From: Guillardia theta CCMP2712
Lineage: Eukaryota; Protista; Cryptophyta
Length of the DNA stretch: 56,556 nt
NCBI RefSeq assembly: GCF_000315625.1
Contig: NW_005434529.1
Coordinates: 1-56,556, forward strand
Reading direction: 5' to 3'
This document shows, in pieces, positions 10,827 through 22,042 of the stretch. Numbering within the stretch: the first letter of the stretch is position 1; each line of letters begins with the position of its first letter. The notes under the pieces were generated by a model. The model saw nothing but the letters and a program-made list of their open reading frames with translations, searched no databases and had not been told where the DNA came from. The position numbers and the translations under genes were made by a program.

Positions 10827-13800
10827 ATGCTTTCTTTGAAATCGTCGTTGCTTCCGCTTTCGTTGCTCTTGAATGCGATCCTGCTCTCCGTCTACTTGCT
10901 CCACCGCGGGTGAGTCAGTGTTACAATCCAAGCAGCAAGTTTGGCTGATTGAAGGTGTAGGGGAAGAGCGAGGAACGAGCTCCTTCAGGGCTCGCTGTCG
11001 ACGGTCTTTCTCTCCCCCTCTTAGTTTGACCGAGCCTCACTGTTGTTGTAGCCTCGACAGGATAGCAGACATGCGAAACGAACTGAGGTGAACTTCAAAG
11101 TAGCTCGAAGCGTCTGCTCTGACTCTCATGCTTGCTGTCTGTCTCTGCTACTGCAGCTGGCAGACATGTACACAGCTCCCTTCCATGTCGTCAAGAGCAT
11201 TATCGACAATGCGCTAGCAATGGACGAGGAGAAGAAAAGCAATGAGGTGCTGTCGGCTGCATGTTGCCAATGCTGCTGATCGATTTGCAGGAGAAATACA
11301 CACGAAAACATGTTCCGCTTGCGGATGCCAGCAAAGCCTCGCACAATCTTCAGCTCCTTTCCCATCCTGGTCTGCTCGTACGCCCTCCAAATTGCGACCC
11401 CGCTGATCTCGGTCACAGTCGACTCTGAGCTCAACGCCTTCTTCGATCCAAGCCTCGATGCTTTCGTGAACCCCATGTTGCTCAAGGATCTCAAGATTAT
11501 GAATGCCCTCCAGCAAGAACGTGAGCCTCTGAACTGTTGCGTTTTCAACCTTGACATCCGTAAATAGTGACTGCCCGGAAAGAGAAGATGCTTCTTGCCG
11601 CAGACAGACAGTTTTCAAATCCGACAAGCGAGGGCGTGAAGGCGAGAAGAACCTGAGCTTGCAGCGCGTCAAAGTCGAAAATGACAATCTTGCGACAGAT
11701 CTTAGCGTCGAGAAATGAGAAGGGGGCAACCTTTCAATGGGGAACTCGCAACCCGCTGACAGGTATCATCATAGTCTAGATATTCAAGGTGTTGATGGTA
11801 GTCTTGTTATGCTGCTGAGTGTGACTATTGCAAAGATGAGGTGGGGAAAGTAGGTTGGTGGAGGGGAAGAAAGGGGATGAGGAAGAGAGATGGTGCGAGG
11901 GCTTGAGCTTGTGCTTAAAGAAAACAACAAGGAGCTCAGTGACAAATTTGTGAAGGTGTAATGCGCCTGGACTGCAGCGATAGTCTGATGGACGCTGGGT
12001 CCAACGGGGCTCGACCGGATCGTCTCTGGAGCAAGAATCGACCACTCACGGGTTACCCTGATCCTTGTGGACCGGGAGATCCTTGCAGGTGGAAAGAGGA
12101 GAAGGCAGGAATCATCGGACAGCACTAGACATGAGAAGACTAGACGATGAGATGAGATTTGACGTGAGAAGAGACGATGGGATGGTCGAGATTCGAGAAA
12201 ATTTTGACTGTTATGCCTTGTTGCTGATTTTGTTTATCACAAGGGATCCTTGCGCTTACCAGCCATGCAACGTCGGCGAGACTTTCGTCGTTGAATGTCC
12301 TCCTGGATGCGCAGTCCGAGCGGGGATGGTGATAGGAGGAGGAACTGTTGACAATCCTTTCATGGGTAGGAGAACGCGAGAGAGGCGCAGCCACTGTTGA
12401 CGTCTCGCTGCAGATGCTTCCTCAATTTGCTCTGCTGCCCTCACTGCTGGGGTCGGACGGGAGGATGGGAGCTCTTTAATCACGTTGCGCGTCGTTCCAG
12501 CTGTGCGAGAGTACGCTGGGGTGCGAGGAGGTCGGAACTGTTGGAGGAAGAGGAGAGGCAGTAACGGGGACGCAGGGGCGAGGAGCGTGACATCCATCGA
12601 CTACGTTTGGAGAAACTGGAGCCTCGCAGACGACCCGCAGGTGCAGGAGAAGTTTGAGTCTCCCGAATTCGCGTGCTGTGAGGGACGTGGGGGCCGTGCC
12701 ACAAGCAAACTGGGCGACTACACGCCGATCGCGAAGTTTCGTCAAGGATGGGGAGGCGTCGCGTGGTATGGAGTAAGAGGCTTCGTGCTAGAGGGAGCCG
12801 AGGACGAGACGCGTAGTGCTTTCCCTGGGAGAGACTCAAAGAAGCTGGAGAAGCTGCTGGAGCGGGAGGGGCAGACTGAGAGCATGCTGTCAGTCGACGG
12901 CACGCGAGGGTCTCACAGCATCGCTAAGGGAGCTGCGGGAGTGCATGGCGGGGGCGTGTGGAAGGCGATGACGGTCGAGGTCTGGGTGAAAGACAAGCTG
13001 ATGCGCGAGGAAGGAACATACCTCAAGTCGTCGGGCTCTGCTGGGTTCTTCCTGGGGACTGTAGACAAGCAATTTGCGTGGGGGGTGGGAGTGGGAGGCG
13101 AAGGCAAAGAAATGGATTTCGTGCTGGCCCCCGACTGGCTGACGCAGCCGAACGAGGGGAAGTGGATCCACCTGGCGGGGACGTATGACGAGGAGGATGG
13201 GATGAAACTCTTCATCGACGGCTTGTTTGTGGGCTGCAGCAAGACTCTTTCTGGCCCCATCTCCATCCCAGCTGACTCCCTCGACATCTTTGCTGGAGGC
13301 CAGCCGGGCAGCGTCTCGCTGCTGGGAGACCTCAACGAGGTACGCGTGTGGTCGGTGGCGAGGCAGCAGGACGAGATCTTTGCGGGCATGCACAAGACGC
13401 TGCAGGAAGTTTTCCTTGGTCCATTCCCAGCTGGCCTTGAGCTGTACTGGAGGTTCGACTTCGACCCCAAGGCTTGTCAGCTGGACTGGCTGCCGTGCGG
13501 GGAGACTTGCGATGAAGTTCGCGCGTATCGCATGGACCTGGTGAAGGGCAGCAGCTTTGCTCCCTCATCCTCCCTCGAGATCGAGATGCTGACTGACGCC
13601 AAGGGCTGCCGCGCTTGCCCGCCATACCCGTCCGTCGACTTTGCGCGTGTCTCGCCCTCCGGCAACGTTGCTGTGCTTGAGAACGTCACCATCGCATGTG
13701 AGCCTCTGTGCCTGGAGGAGGCGGATGCGGATGGAGGAAGCCGCTATCCTGTCTGCCAATGGGACATGACCTACACGCCTGGCATCCGCTGCATCCCCCT

Positions 13801-16800
13801 CTGCCCTCCTCTCAACCCTGTTCCTCATGGCGTCCTCTCCTCTTCTGAGCTTGTCAGGTCAGGGACGAAAGTCACGCTGACATGCAAGGAAGGCTACGAG
13901 CTGGAGCAGGGAGGCATCAGCGAAGCTCAATGCCTTGACACGCATAAGTTTACCTACGCCTCTCTTGGCCCATGCGTAGGCCTCTGTCCTCCTTATCCTC
14001 CTGTGCCCAACGCCCAAATTATCCGGAGCTCAACTCGCCATCCTGTTTCGAAGATGAACAATATCGGAGATCAGGTTCTTTTGTCCCCATCTTTCCTCCT
14101 ACTCCTCCTCCTCCTCTTTCTCCTCCTCCTCCTTCTCCTCTTGCTGTTCAACTTCGCGCTGAGAAGGTGAGAGCAGGTGAAGATCGTGTGCGACCAAGAC
14201 TATGTGCTGTCTTTTGACTCGAAGGAGGTCGCGACGTGCCTTGAGGTCACAACCAATCGCATCCTCTTGCTTATGACGAGGCGAGCAGGGAGGCATCTAC
14301 GACTTCTCCTCCCCGCAGTGTCTTCCTGTCTGTCATCCATACCCGTCCGTCCCAAACGGCCTCGTCTCCATCACAGGACCGACAGTCCTAGGCGATGTCG
14401 TCGAGATTTCATGCACAAAGGTTGCCTGACGATCCTCTCTCCCTCCCTCCCTCCCTCCCAATTCCCATCCCCATCCCCTCCCCATCCACTTTTTCATAGA
14501 TCCCTTCCCCACCCCCTTGATGATTCCTCGCGTCTCTCGTTGATCTCAAGGCAGGGTACGTGCTTGAGAACGCTGAGGACGCGACCGCTACCTGTGGTGC
14601 TGATCACAATTATGACCATCCACAAGCGAGGTAGGAACCCATACACCAGAGGCTTCACTCCTCCTGCTTCCTGGCACCTCCCTCCCGTCTCTCTCGCCTC
14701 CGTCCCTCCTCATTTCCTACCTCCTCTCTCTTCCTCGTATGCTTGCCTTTCTCTGCTCTCTGCATCTCTCCCTCTCCCTCTCCCTCTCCCTCTCCCCTCG
14801 TTTCGCCTTCTCCTGACGCCGGGCTGCTCCAGGTGTGTAGCTGCATGTCCAGCCTACCCGGCGGTGGATCACGGGAGGGTGCTGGTGAACGGGGAAGAAG
14901 GACGCGACCTGAGCAACATCAGGGAGGGGGACAGCCTGCAAGTGGTTTGTGATGATGGATACGAGCTGGGCGAGTACAGTCAAGGTGAGGCAGCTCCCCT
15001 TGCTCGCTGCTCTCACCCTCCTGCTCCCTCCAGCATCCCCTACCGCCAAGTGTATCGCAACAGCAAAGGGAGGAGATTACGACCCTCCGCACTGCCGCCC
15101 GGGACTCGCTGCTGCTCCCCCTTACGGCTACAGCAACTGCCAGCCTGCGGTCTGCGTTGAGATCCCCAAACCCCCAGCTCCTCCTCCACCGCCTCCTCCT
15201 CCTCCTCCTCCTCCTTCGCCGCTCGACACAGGGGCGTCGCCCTCGAGCTCCGGGGAAGGATCTCCTTCCTGGCTCCTCAACTTGGAATGCGCCAAATGGC
15301 GAGACTCAGCCGACACGATGACGTCAAGTGATCAAGAGAAAACTTTATCAAAGGTTTGAAGACAATCCCTGCTCCCCTCCTCTGCTCCCTTCCCACCATC
15401 CCTCCTCTCATCTATTCCTCCTCCTGTCCCGTTGATCGCCTCTTGTCACTCCTACGTGTAAATCCGTATTGGCTCGTTCTTTCTCCTTCATCTCAGCCTT
15501 CCTCCTCCTGTCTCATCCTCGCTATCTTCTCATGCAGTTTGTAGTGCATGGCGCAAGACTGCGTGCAGAGTCTTGAGAGCGCGGCGGGTCAACAATCGTA
15601 CGAGGGGTGCAGGTGAGGTTCGAGGGCTTGTGGTTTGGTTGACTTGCAGCGTCAGATTTGTGGATGTCAACGGGTTCTGTTACGCGTCTATGGCAGCCCA
15701 GGAATATTGTACAAGCCATCCGGAAGACACGTGAGAATCTCCCTCCCTCCCTCCCTCCCTCCCTCCCTTCCTCCCTCCCTCCCTCTCTCCTTCCCTCCTT
15801 CCTTCCCTCCCTCCCTCCTTCCCTCTCTCGGTCTACCCTCATTCTCCATTGATCTGTCGGTTGTCTGCAGTGGCTGCAACGATGGAGGGTCCAGCTGGGC
15901 TTATGGTCCCCTTGGTAACTATCAGGGAGGAGGAGCAACCGGCTGGACCCCAGCAGCGCACATCCCATACAAGGGAGATGCAGCGAGCATGGTGAGTGAA
16001 ACCTCCTTCCTCTTCCTCCCCCCTTCCAGCTCGATATCTTACAACCATGAGAGTTTCGCCCTCTCTCCGCTTATCTTCAGCCTGTCGCTGATGTAGGCTG
16101 TTGAAGGGCTTCCAGTCCTGCTCCTGCATGAAGAACTGCGCTTGTAGTGGAACCAAGTGCTTCTGCGTGAATGAGAAGGAGGCGCCAGTTGGAGAAGGAA
16201 GTTTCGTTCCCAGCAAGATCATCCAGGGCGACAAGACGGGCCAGTGCTCCTGTTTCTGCTCGCAAGCGGCGGTGAAAGATACGACGAGCAGCGACGTCAC
16301 GACGGCAAGCTCGGGCAATTCAGGCGTAGTAGCTTCCTCCACCTCCGATGCTCCAGCGATCAATGGCGGGATTGATACAAACTCCATACCTTCTCCCCCT
16401 GCTCCTCCCCCTCCTCCCTCTCCCCCTCCCTCCTCGCCTCCCTCCCCGCCTCCCTCCCCACCTCCTCCAGCTGTCACTCAAGAAGACGCCATCGCAAACA
16501 GCATCTGCAAGCTCGATGACAACGGAGTCTGCAAGTCGCTGCTCAACATCAGGTGCAGCGACTGGCGAGACCTTGCAGACTCGTGGGTGCCGGACAAGCA
16601 GAAACAGTACTATGCCAAGGTAAGCGTGCCCTCTTGCCTCCCCCCCGCCTCGCTCTCTCGTCGTCGTCTTCGTTTCGTCGTCTCGNNNNNNNNNNNNNNN
16701 NNNNNNNNNNNNNNNNNNNNNNNNNNNNNNNNNNNNNNNNNNNNNNNNNNNNNNNNNNNNNNNNNNNNNNNNNNNNNNNNNNNNNGAACGGCTTCTGCTA

Positions 16801-17743
16801 CGCATATGGTTCTGCTCAGGTGCCCTCCGCCCTCCTGCTCTCGTCCTGCTGGATGCCCTCCTCCTGCTTCTCTCTCATGCTCAAACTCCTCCCAGATCTG
16901 GTGCTCAACCGCAGGCTTGGGGTCCTCGTACTGTAACGATGGGGGGAAGAAGTGGGCCTTGGCTCCTCTAGGGTACAGCTGCTCTCCTCATCCTCTCAGA
17001 CTCAAGATTCTCCTACAGGACCGCAAAGGCTCAGCCAACAGCATGGCGGCCGCACAAGAATGTGGGGATTCGAGGAGGGTTCGAGGATACGCCCTACTCG
17101 TGCTCATGCATGAAGAATTGCTCCTGTACTAGCAGCTTCCCTCCTCTTGCTCCCATCCTCTTGCTCCCATCCTGCCCTGCTGGTTTCCCTCCTAGATTGT
17201 CTACCTCTTACTCAGTCTACCCCTCTCTCTTTCCGGGTGTTGAACTTCCAACTTAACAGCTCCCCTTCCTATCTCTCACTTTCTTCTCTTCCCTCCCTTC
17301 TTTCTCTCCATACGCATTGCTAACATTCCGGCAGGTTCCAAAAACACTAAACCTGGGAAAGGTGGGTTGCCTCCCCTCCCTCCCCTCCCCCCTCCACTCT
17401 CGTACCTCTCAACTCCACTCCACTCCACTCCACTCCCCTTAACCGTGGATCTCCTCCCCTCCCCTCCCTCCCCTTGCACTGCCAGGCTGATCGAGTTGCA
17501 GGAACTTGCCAGTGTGTCAGTACAGACGAGAAGGAGACAGGCCCTGCCAGCTACTACAATGGTCTGCTTCTCCCCTCGATCCCTCTCCGCTCCCTCTCTG
17601 TTTCCTTCCCCTCACCTTCCCCTGCTCTCCCTCCTGCTCTCCCTCGTCCATCTCACGTGCATGCAGATCTCAAGAAGATCTACGAGAACTCTAACAGCGC
17701 CGGGACATGTCACTGCACATGCGGAGGCGTTGAGAGCACTTAG
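10827..17743 (+). CDS. Large multi-exon extracellular protein: N-terminal anchor, LCCL, LamG/ConA-like, several Sushi/CCP domains, poly-Pro linkers, two Cys-rich modules
   Basis: LCCL: CPPGC...IGGGT...DASSICSAALTAG. LamG: MTVEVWVK...WIHLAGTYD...LNEVRVWSVAR...LYWRFD. Sushi: CPPLNPVPHG...VTLTCKEGYEL. Exons from 10827 can be joined in frame by GT-AG introns, but joining of the 10827-11760 part is less certain. Confidence 0.75.
16686..16785. other. Assembly gap (100 N)
   Basis: Run of n. It probably hides part of an intron and exon of the LCCL/Sushi gene. Confidence 0.99.
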
Positions 17744-17769
17744 TAAAATCCTCTCCGTGTACAATAGAT

Positions 17770-18050
17770 GACAGTGCCTTCACAAGTTCCGAACTACTAG
17801 GCTGGTGTACTACCGTATGACAGATCGGCAGTGAGCATAGTCCCGCCGCTGACTGAGTGACTAGCAAGTGCCATGATTCATGATCCGGCCGTTTGGCCTG
17901 TGCGACAGTCAGGGTCACAGTCAAGCCTCCGAGGCTCCTCGACTCTAGGCTCCTAATTGTCCTCGTACTGATTTTTAACTTAACTTTGAGTAAAAGTTAT
18001 GAGTCATGATCGGGCCCATGATTCCGGGCCGAAGGCGCGGGGGCCAGGAA
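17770..18050. other. Intergenic palindrome-rich word block
   Basis: Contains ACAAGTTCCGAACT, GCCTCCGAGGCTC, CCGGCCG and TTAACTTAAC words shared with other intergenic blocks. Confidence 0.55.
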
Positions 18051-18249
18051 GTATCGAAGTCGCGCTTTTGAATGGCAAATTTGATTTGTTCCTTTCACAC
18101 GCGACACCTACACCCTGGGAAGTAGGCTTTTACTCAAAGGTGTTTTTGGCTCCTTTTCTAAAACACTTATATATGTATAATAGTTTTAGATCTCTGAAAT
18201 AGTTTCCGAGAGTTTGCTTTAAAAATACTCAATTTTGATTTGTGTGTTG

Positions 18250-18870
18250 AAATACTACCCCCACCCCCAACAATCTCAGTTACCAACCCCTTCTGATGTT
18301 GTGTGCATTCCACTACCAATAGAAGTCAAGGCAGGATCCCACTATACACCCCCACCCACCTCATCTCAACCGTTCCTCAGACATTTTCATTTCGAATTCT
18401 CTCAATGTGATTTATATTTTCAAATTATCTCCCAAAGCATTGAAATGTTGGGACCAGTGACCCTGACGATGGGGTCTTTAGAAATGTCATGATCCCCACC
18501 CCCATATTTACTAACCCTGCATCTAATTAAAGGGGTGGTCGGTGTTAGTCGTGCGAGCTCATGGGAGATTGCGGGTGATTGCAATCTCCCAGAGGAAATA
18601 ACCCTGAGATGGGGTGAAAGTACATAAAATAGGGGGTGGTGTTCAATAAATCTCGACCGGGAGATACGACCCGTCCCACCAACATCCAAAAACAAAGAAT
18701 GAGCAGATTGGACTCTATAAAGTACCTTGACGAGAAGGGAATACGATATCACGGGTCCATGACCATGACTTTGCACGGGTGTACAGACTTTCTTTTTAAC
18801 TAGCATGAATCTGACCAGAGGGTGGGGGTCAGGCTGGAAGAGGGGTCAGGGTGGAGGGGTTGGGGGAAGA
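18250..18870. promoter_or_regulatory. ACCCC/GGGGT-rich block upstream of the Myb gene (putative promoter region)
   Basis: Dense ACCCC then GGGGT pentamers in non-coding DNA. Function is inferred from position. Confidence 0.4.
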
Positions 18871-19497
18871 TTGAAGCGAGATTCCATGGTTGAAGGCGTT
18901 GATTAGCAAAGATGAAAGCCTGGGAAGTTCATGAGAGACGGGCCGATGCAATGAGACAGACAATGCTAGATTAGTATGCAGAGTGCAGAAGAGGAGAGCA
19001 TGGGGGGGACAATAGGCAAGAAGACGATGGATCGCTAACAGAAGGAGGCCAAGCAGGAGGCGAAACTAAGTGCATGCTGTAGCCATTAGAAACGCCAGGT
19101 AGAAGCATAGCATTGTGATCGGGACACAGCCTTCGAAAAAATTGAACTGATTCTAAGTGTGAATTGTGAAATTCCTGTAGATTGAGTAAGCTCGTTGACT
19201 AAGAAGAAGACTTGAACTATTCCAGATCTTTTGTAGCAGAATGTAAAAATAATTCCTCTGTTGTACGACCCGACCACATGAACGAAGTTTTTCAAGTGAC
19301 AATCTGAAATACTGCAATACAGAATCATTTTTCTCGGTCAAATGAATGAGAACCTATTTGTGTTCAAGTAAGATTTCCTAGAATCAGCAAGAGTCTTGTT
19401 CTTGATTTTAGCTTCACAGGAATTGATGTCAAACACAATACTGGTCAAGAACGGTAAAACCAAATAGAGTTTGCGAGTCCGCACCAGAACCACTTCC

Positions 19498-21291
19498 ATG
19501 CTGCTGAATTCACAATCAGCAGGTGCCAGGAAAAGAGGTCACAGTGAATTGTCAGATTTCGATATCCCTTCGTATCCTGTCCCGAGCAGTCATAACGTAG
19601 TCTCGATCGTGTCAAGACGTGTGTCTGATCCATTGCAACAGATACCCATGGATCATTCCAGCATGATGAGCAGGGGGCGGGAAATTCCAACCCATTGGGA
19701 GCGTCGCCAGCTGCTAGACACACTCCTACAGAATCACATTATCGTCAACCCCATCCCAGATCCAAGTTCGCAGCAAGCAGTCCCGTGGTTTGTCTTTCTT
19801 TAAATCATCCATTTCTTGCTTACTGGTCTACTACAGCAGCCTGATCCATCAAGACTACTTCTTGGGTCCGAAAGCATGCACCGATCTGCTCCTCACCCTA
19901 TGGATTCACCAAGGTCTTGATGCTGCTTTACTGAAAGTGATTTGCGGGGATACTGACCAATACATCTTAGCTGTCCTCCATATCAACTCAATCAAACTCC
20001 ATTCGGTGGAAACTATCCACAGCACATTGTGAATCGTAGTTGGAATATGCTCCCCAACAGAAGACGGGCATACCATCATGTATGCGTTTTTGCTTCTTCG
20101 CTTGCTTTCTTTTGACTATTCACATAGAATGGCCCAGCTGGACCTTTGGAGAACGATGAATCGGATCCCAGCGCGCCAGCACCTGTTCAGGCGAGGCCAA
20201 CCTTGCCCGATGGCTACTCTCCGATTTATAGCGCGCGACAAGACGGCCTTGAGGATTCAAATCACCTCGGTATATCTGCGACGAGTGCATTCTTTTATGA
20301 CCATATCTCTCTGCAGGATTCCTTGTGGGTGCTGGAGATGAGCCTGAAGTGACAGCGTTGCTGGAAGTTGCTTCTGAAAATCTGGAGCTCAAGCAGGTTT
20401 TCGTTTTTTCTCTTATTGGCATCAGATTTTGACTTTCTATATTTTTGGTAACATAGCGTTTGCGAGAGGTCTCTTTGGAGTTGAATGAGCTGCAGGCAAG
20501 GTATTGTTTCCGTTCCTATGCATCTGACATGCTTGCAGAATTTAGTACAAAAGAAGCAGATGGAACAACAGATTTCGCGACAGCAACAAGTAAGACATAT
20601 TGTTTCTTATGCTCGTTTGGTCATCCTCCACAGGAGTGGAAATCTCGATACTGGACAGCTCAAGAGCATCAGAGATTTCTCGAAGGGCTTAAGGTATTCC
20701 GATGGTGCTAGGATCTACACATCGCTCTGACCCTCCCAAGGTCCATGGGCAACGAAATTTCAAAGCGATTGCAGGATATGTTGGAACGAGAACCTCCACA
20801 CAGGTTGAGATTATAGCCCACAGGCTCTTCGGTACTCATCTTTTATTGAACAGGTTAAAACACATGCGCAAAAGTTTTTTCAAAAGATGGCGCGTCAGAA
20901 AGGCAACGAAACATCCAGGTCCTCCTTCAGGCAACTTTGCGCGAGAATGATGTGGTGGTGGAACAGCTCTGGAGGCGCCGATGGTTCCACATGTGCTGAA
21001 GCCGTGAAGGACTCGGACATGAAGTCAGATGTCCAGTTTGACTCCAGCGAAGGTTTCCCTCTTGCTCTCGCGCTCTCCCTGGTTGAGTCGCTCCTTGCAG
21101 TTTCTGTTCCTTGCGAGACGAACCCATCAGAGGACACAACCAGTTCTCTGAGCACATATTATGGGTATGTCACATTTGCCTTCGATCTTGTGTCAAAATC
21201 AGCTTCTAACCTCTTGTACTGCAGAATGGGACAGGACAAATCATCTACCGAATCACTTCAGTCGTCATCTCCTAGGTCTGGGGATTCGTAA
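19498..21291 (+). CDS. SHAQKYF-class single-repeat Myb transcription factor
   Basis: Spliced domain WTAQEHQRFLEGLK|VHGQRNFKAIAGYVGTRTSTQ|VKTHAQKFF, preceded by a coiled-coil. The start codon is approximate. Confidence 0.85.
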
Positions 21292-22042
21292 ACGCACTTG
21301 AGAAACGTACAACTTGTTGATAGAAAATGTGTTGAATAGGAACATAGACCATAATTAATCTAATGAAAGGCAACTTGAAAGATTATGAATGATGGACAGA
21401 TAAGAAATTATTTGAGCGCCTGATTTTCAAGATATCCGTCTTCATCGATATGGGAGGTCATGCATGAAACGAGAAAAGCCTTGTGGGCGTTGCAGAAGCT
21501 TCTCTGACCGTTATCCTTACCAGCCATTCAGTCCACATCCTCGACCTTTCCCTCCTCGTCCTCCTCGTCCTCCTGACCTGAACTGCCGTAATTGCTCTCC
21601 GAAGATGATGTAAATCTACAAATCAGGTCACCAGTCCATGACGTGCATGGGGGTAGGGGTACTGGACTTCAGGGGTACTTCGTCATGAAAATTAGTGAGG
21701 GGGGGTCCTGTGAGCAGATTGGTGGGTACAATGTGTGGGTCCATCAGAATGGTGATGCCTATGTTGGGGTAGGGTTGATCCAAAGGTGGTGGGGGTTACG
21801 GGTGTAACGCGGCCGATAAAAGGCCTGCATGACAAGTGGGGCAGAGGGAGGAAGGCGAGGAGGAGCAGGAGCAGGGGGAGGAGGAGGAGGAGAAGCGACA
21901 CATGGTGAAGGAAGGATGGAAAGAAGATAAAACTTGTTGGAGTAGAGCAATCAAAGTGAGAAGAAAGATGCATCCTTGAAGTTGGGTTGCTTCAGCAGCA
22001 AGCAAAACAGGTCCTTGTAGATCGTGAACAGGGGCAAAGGCG

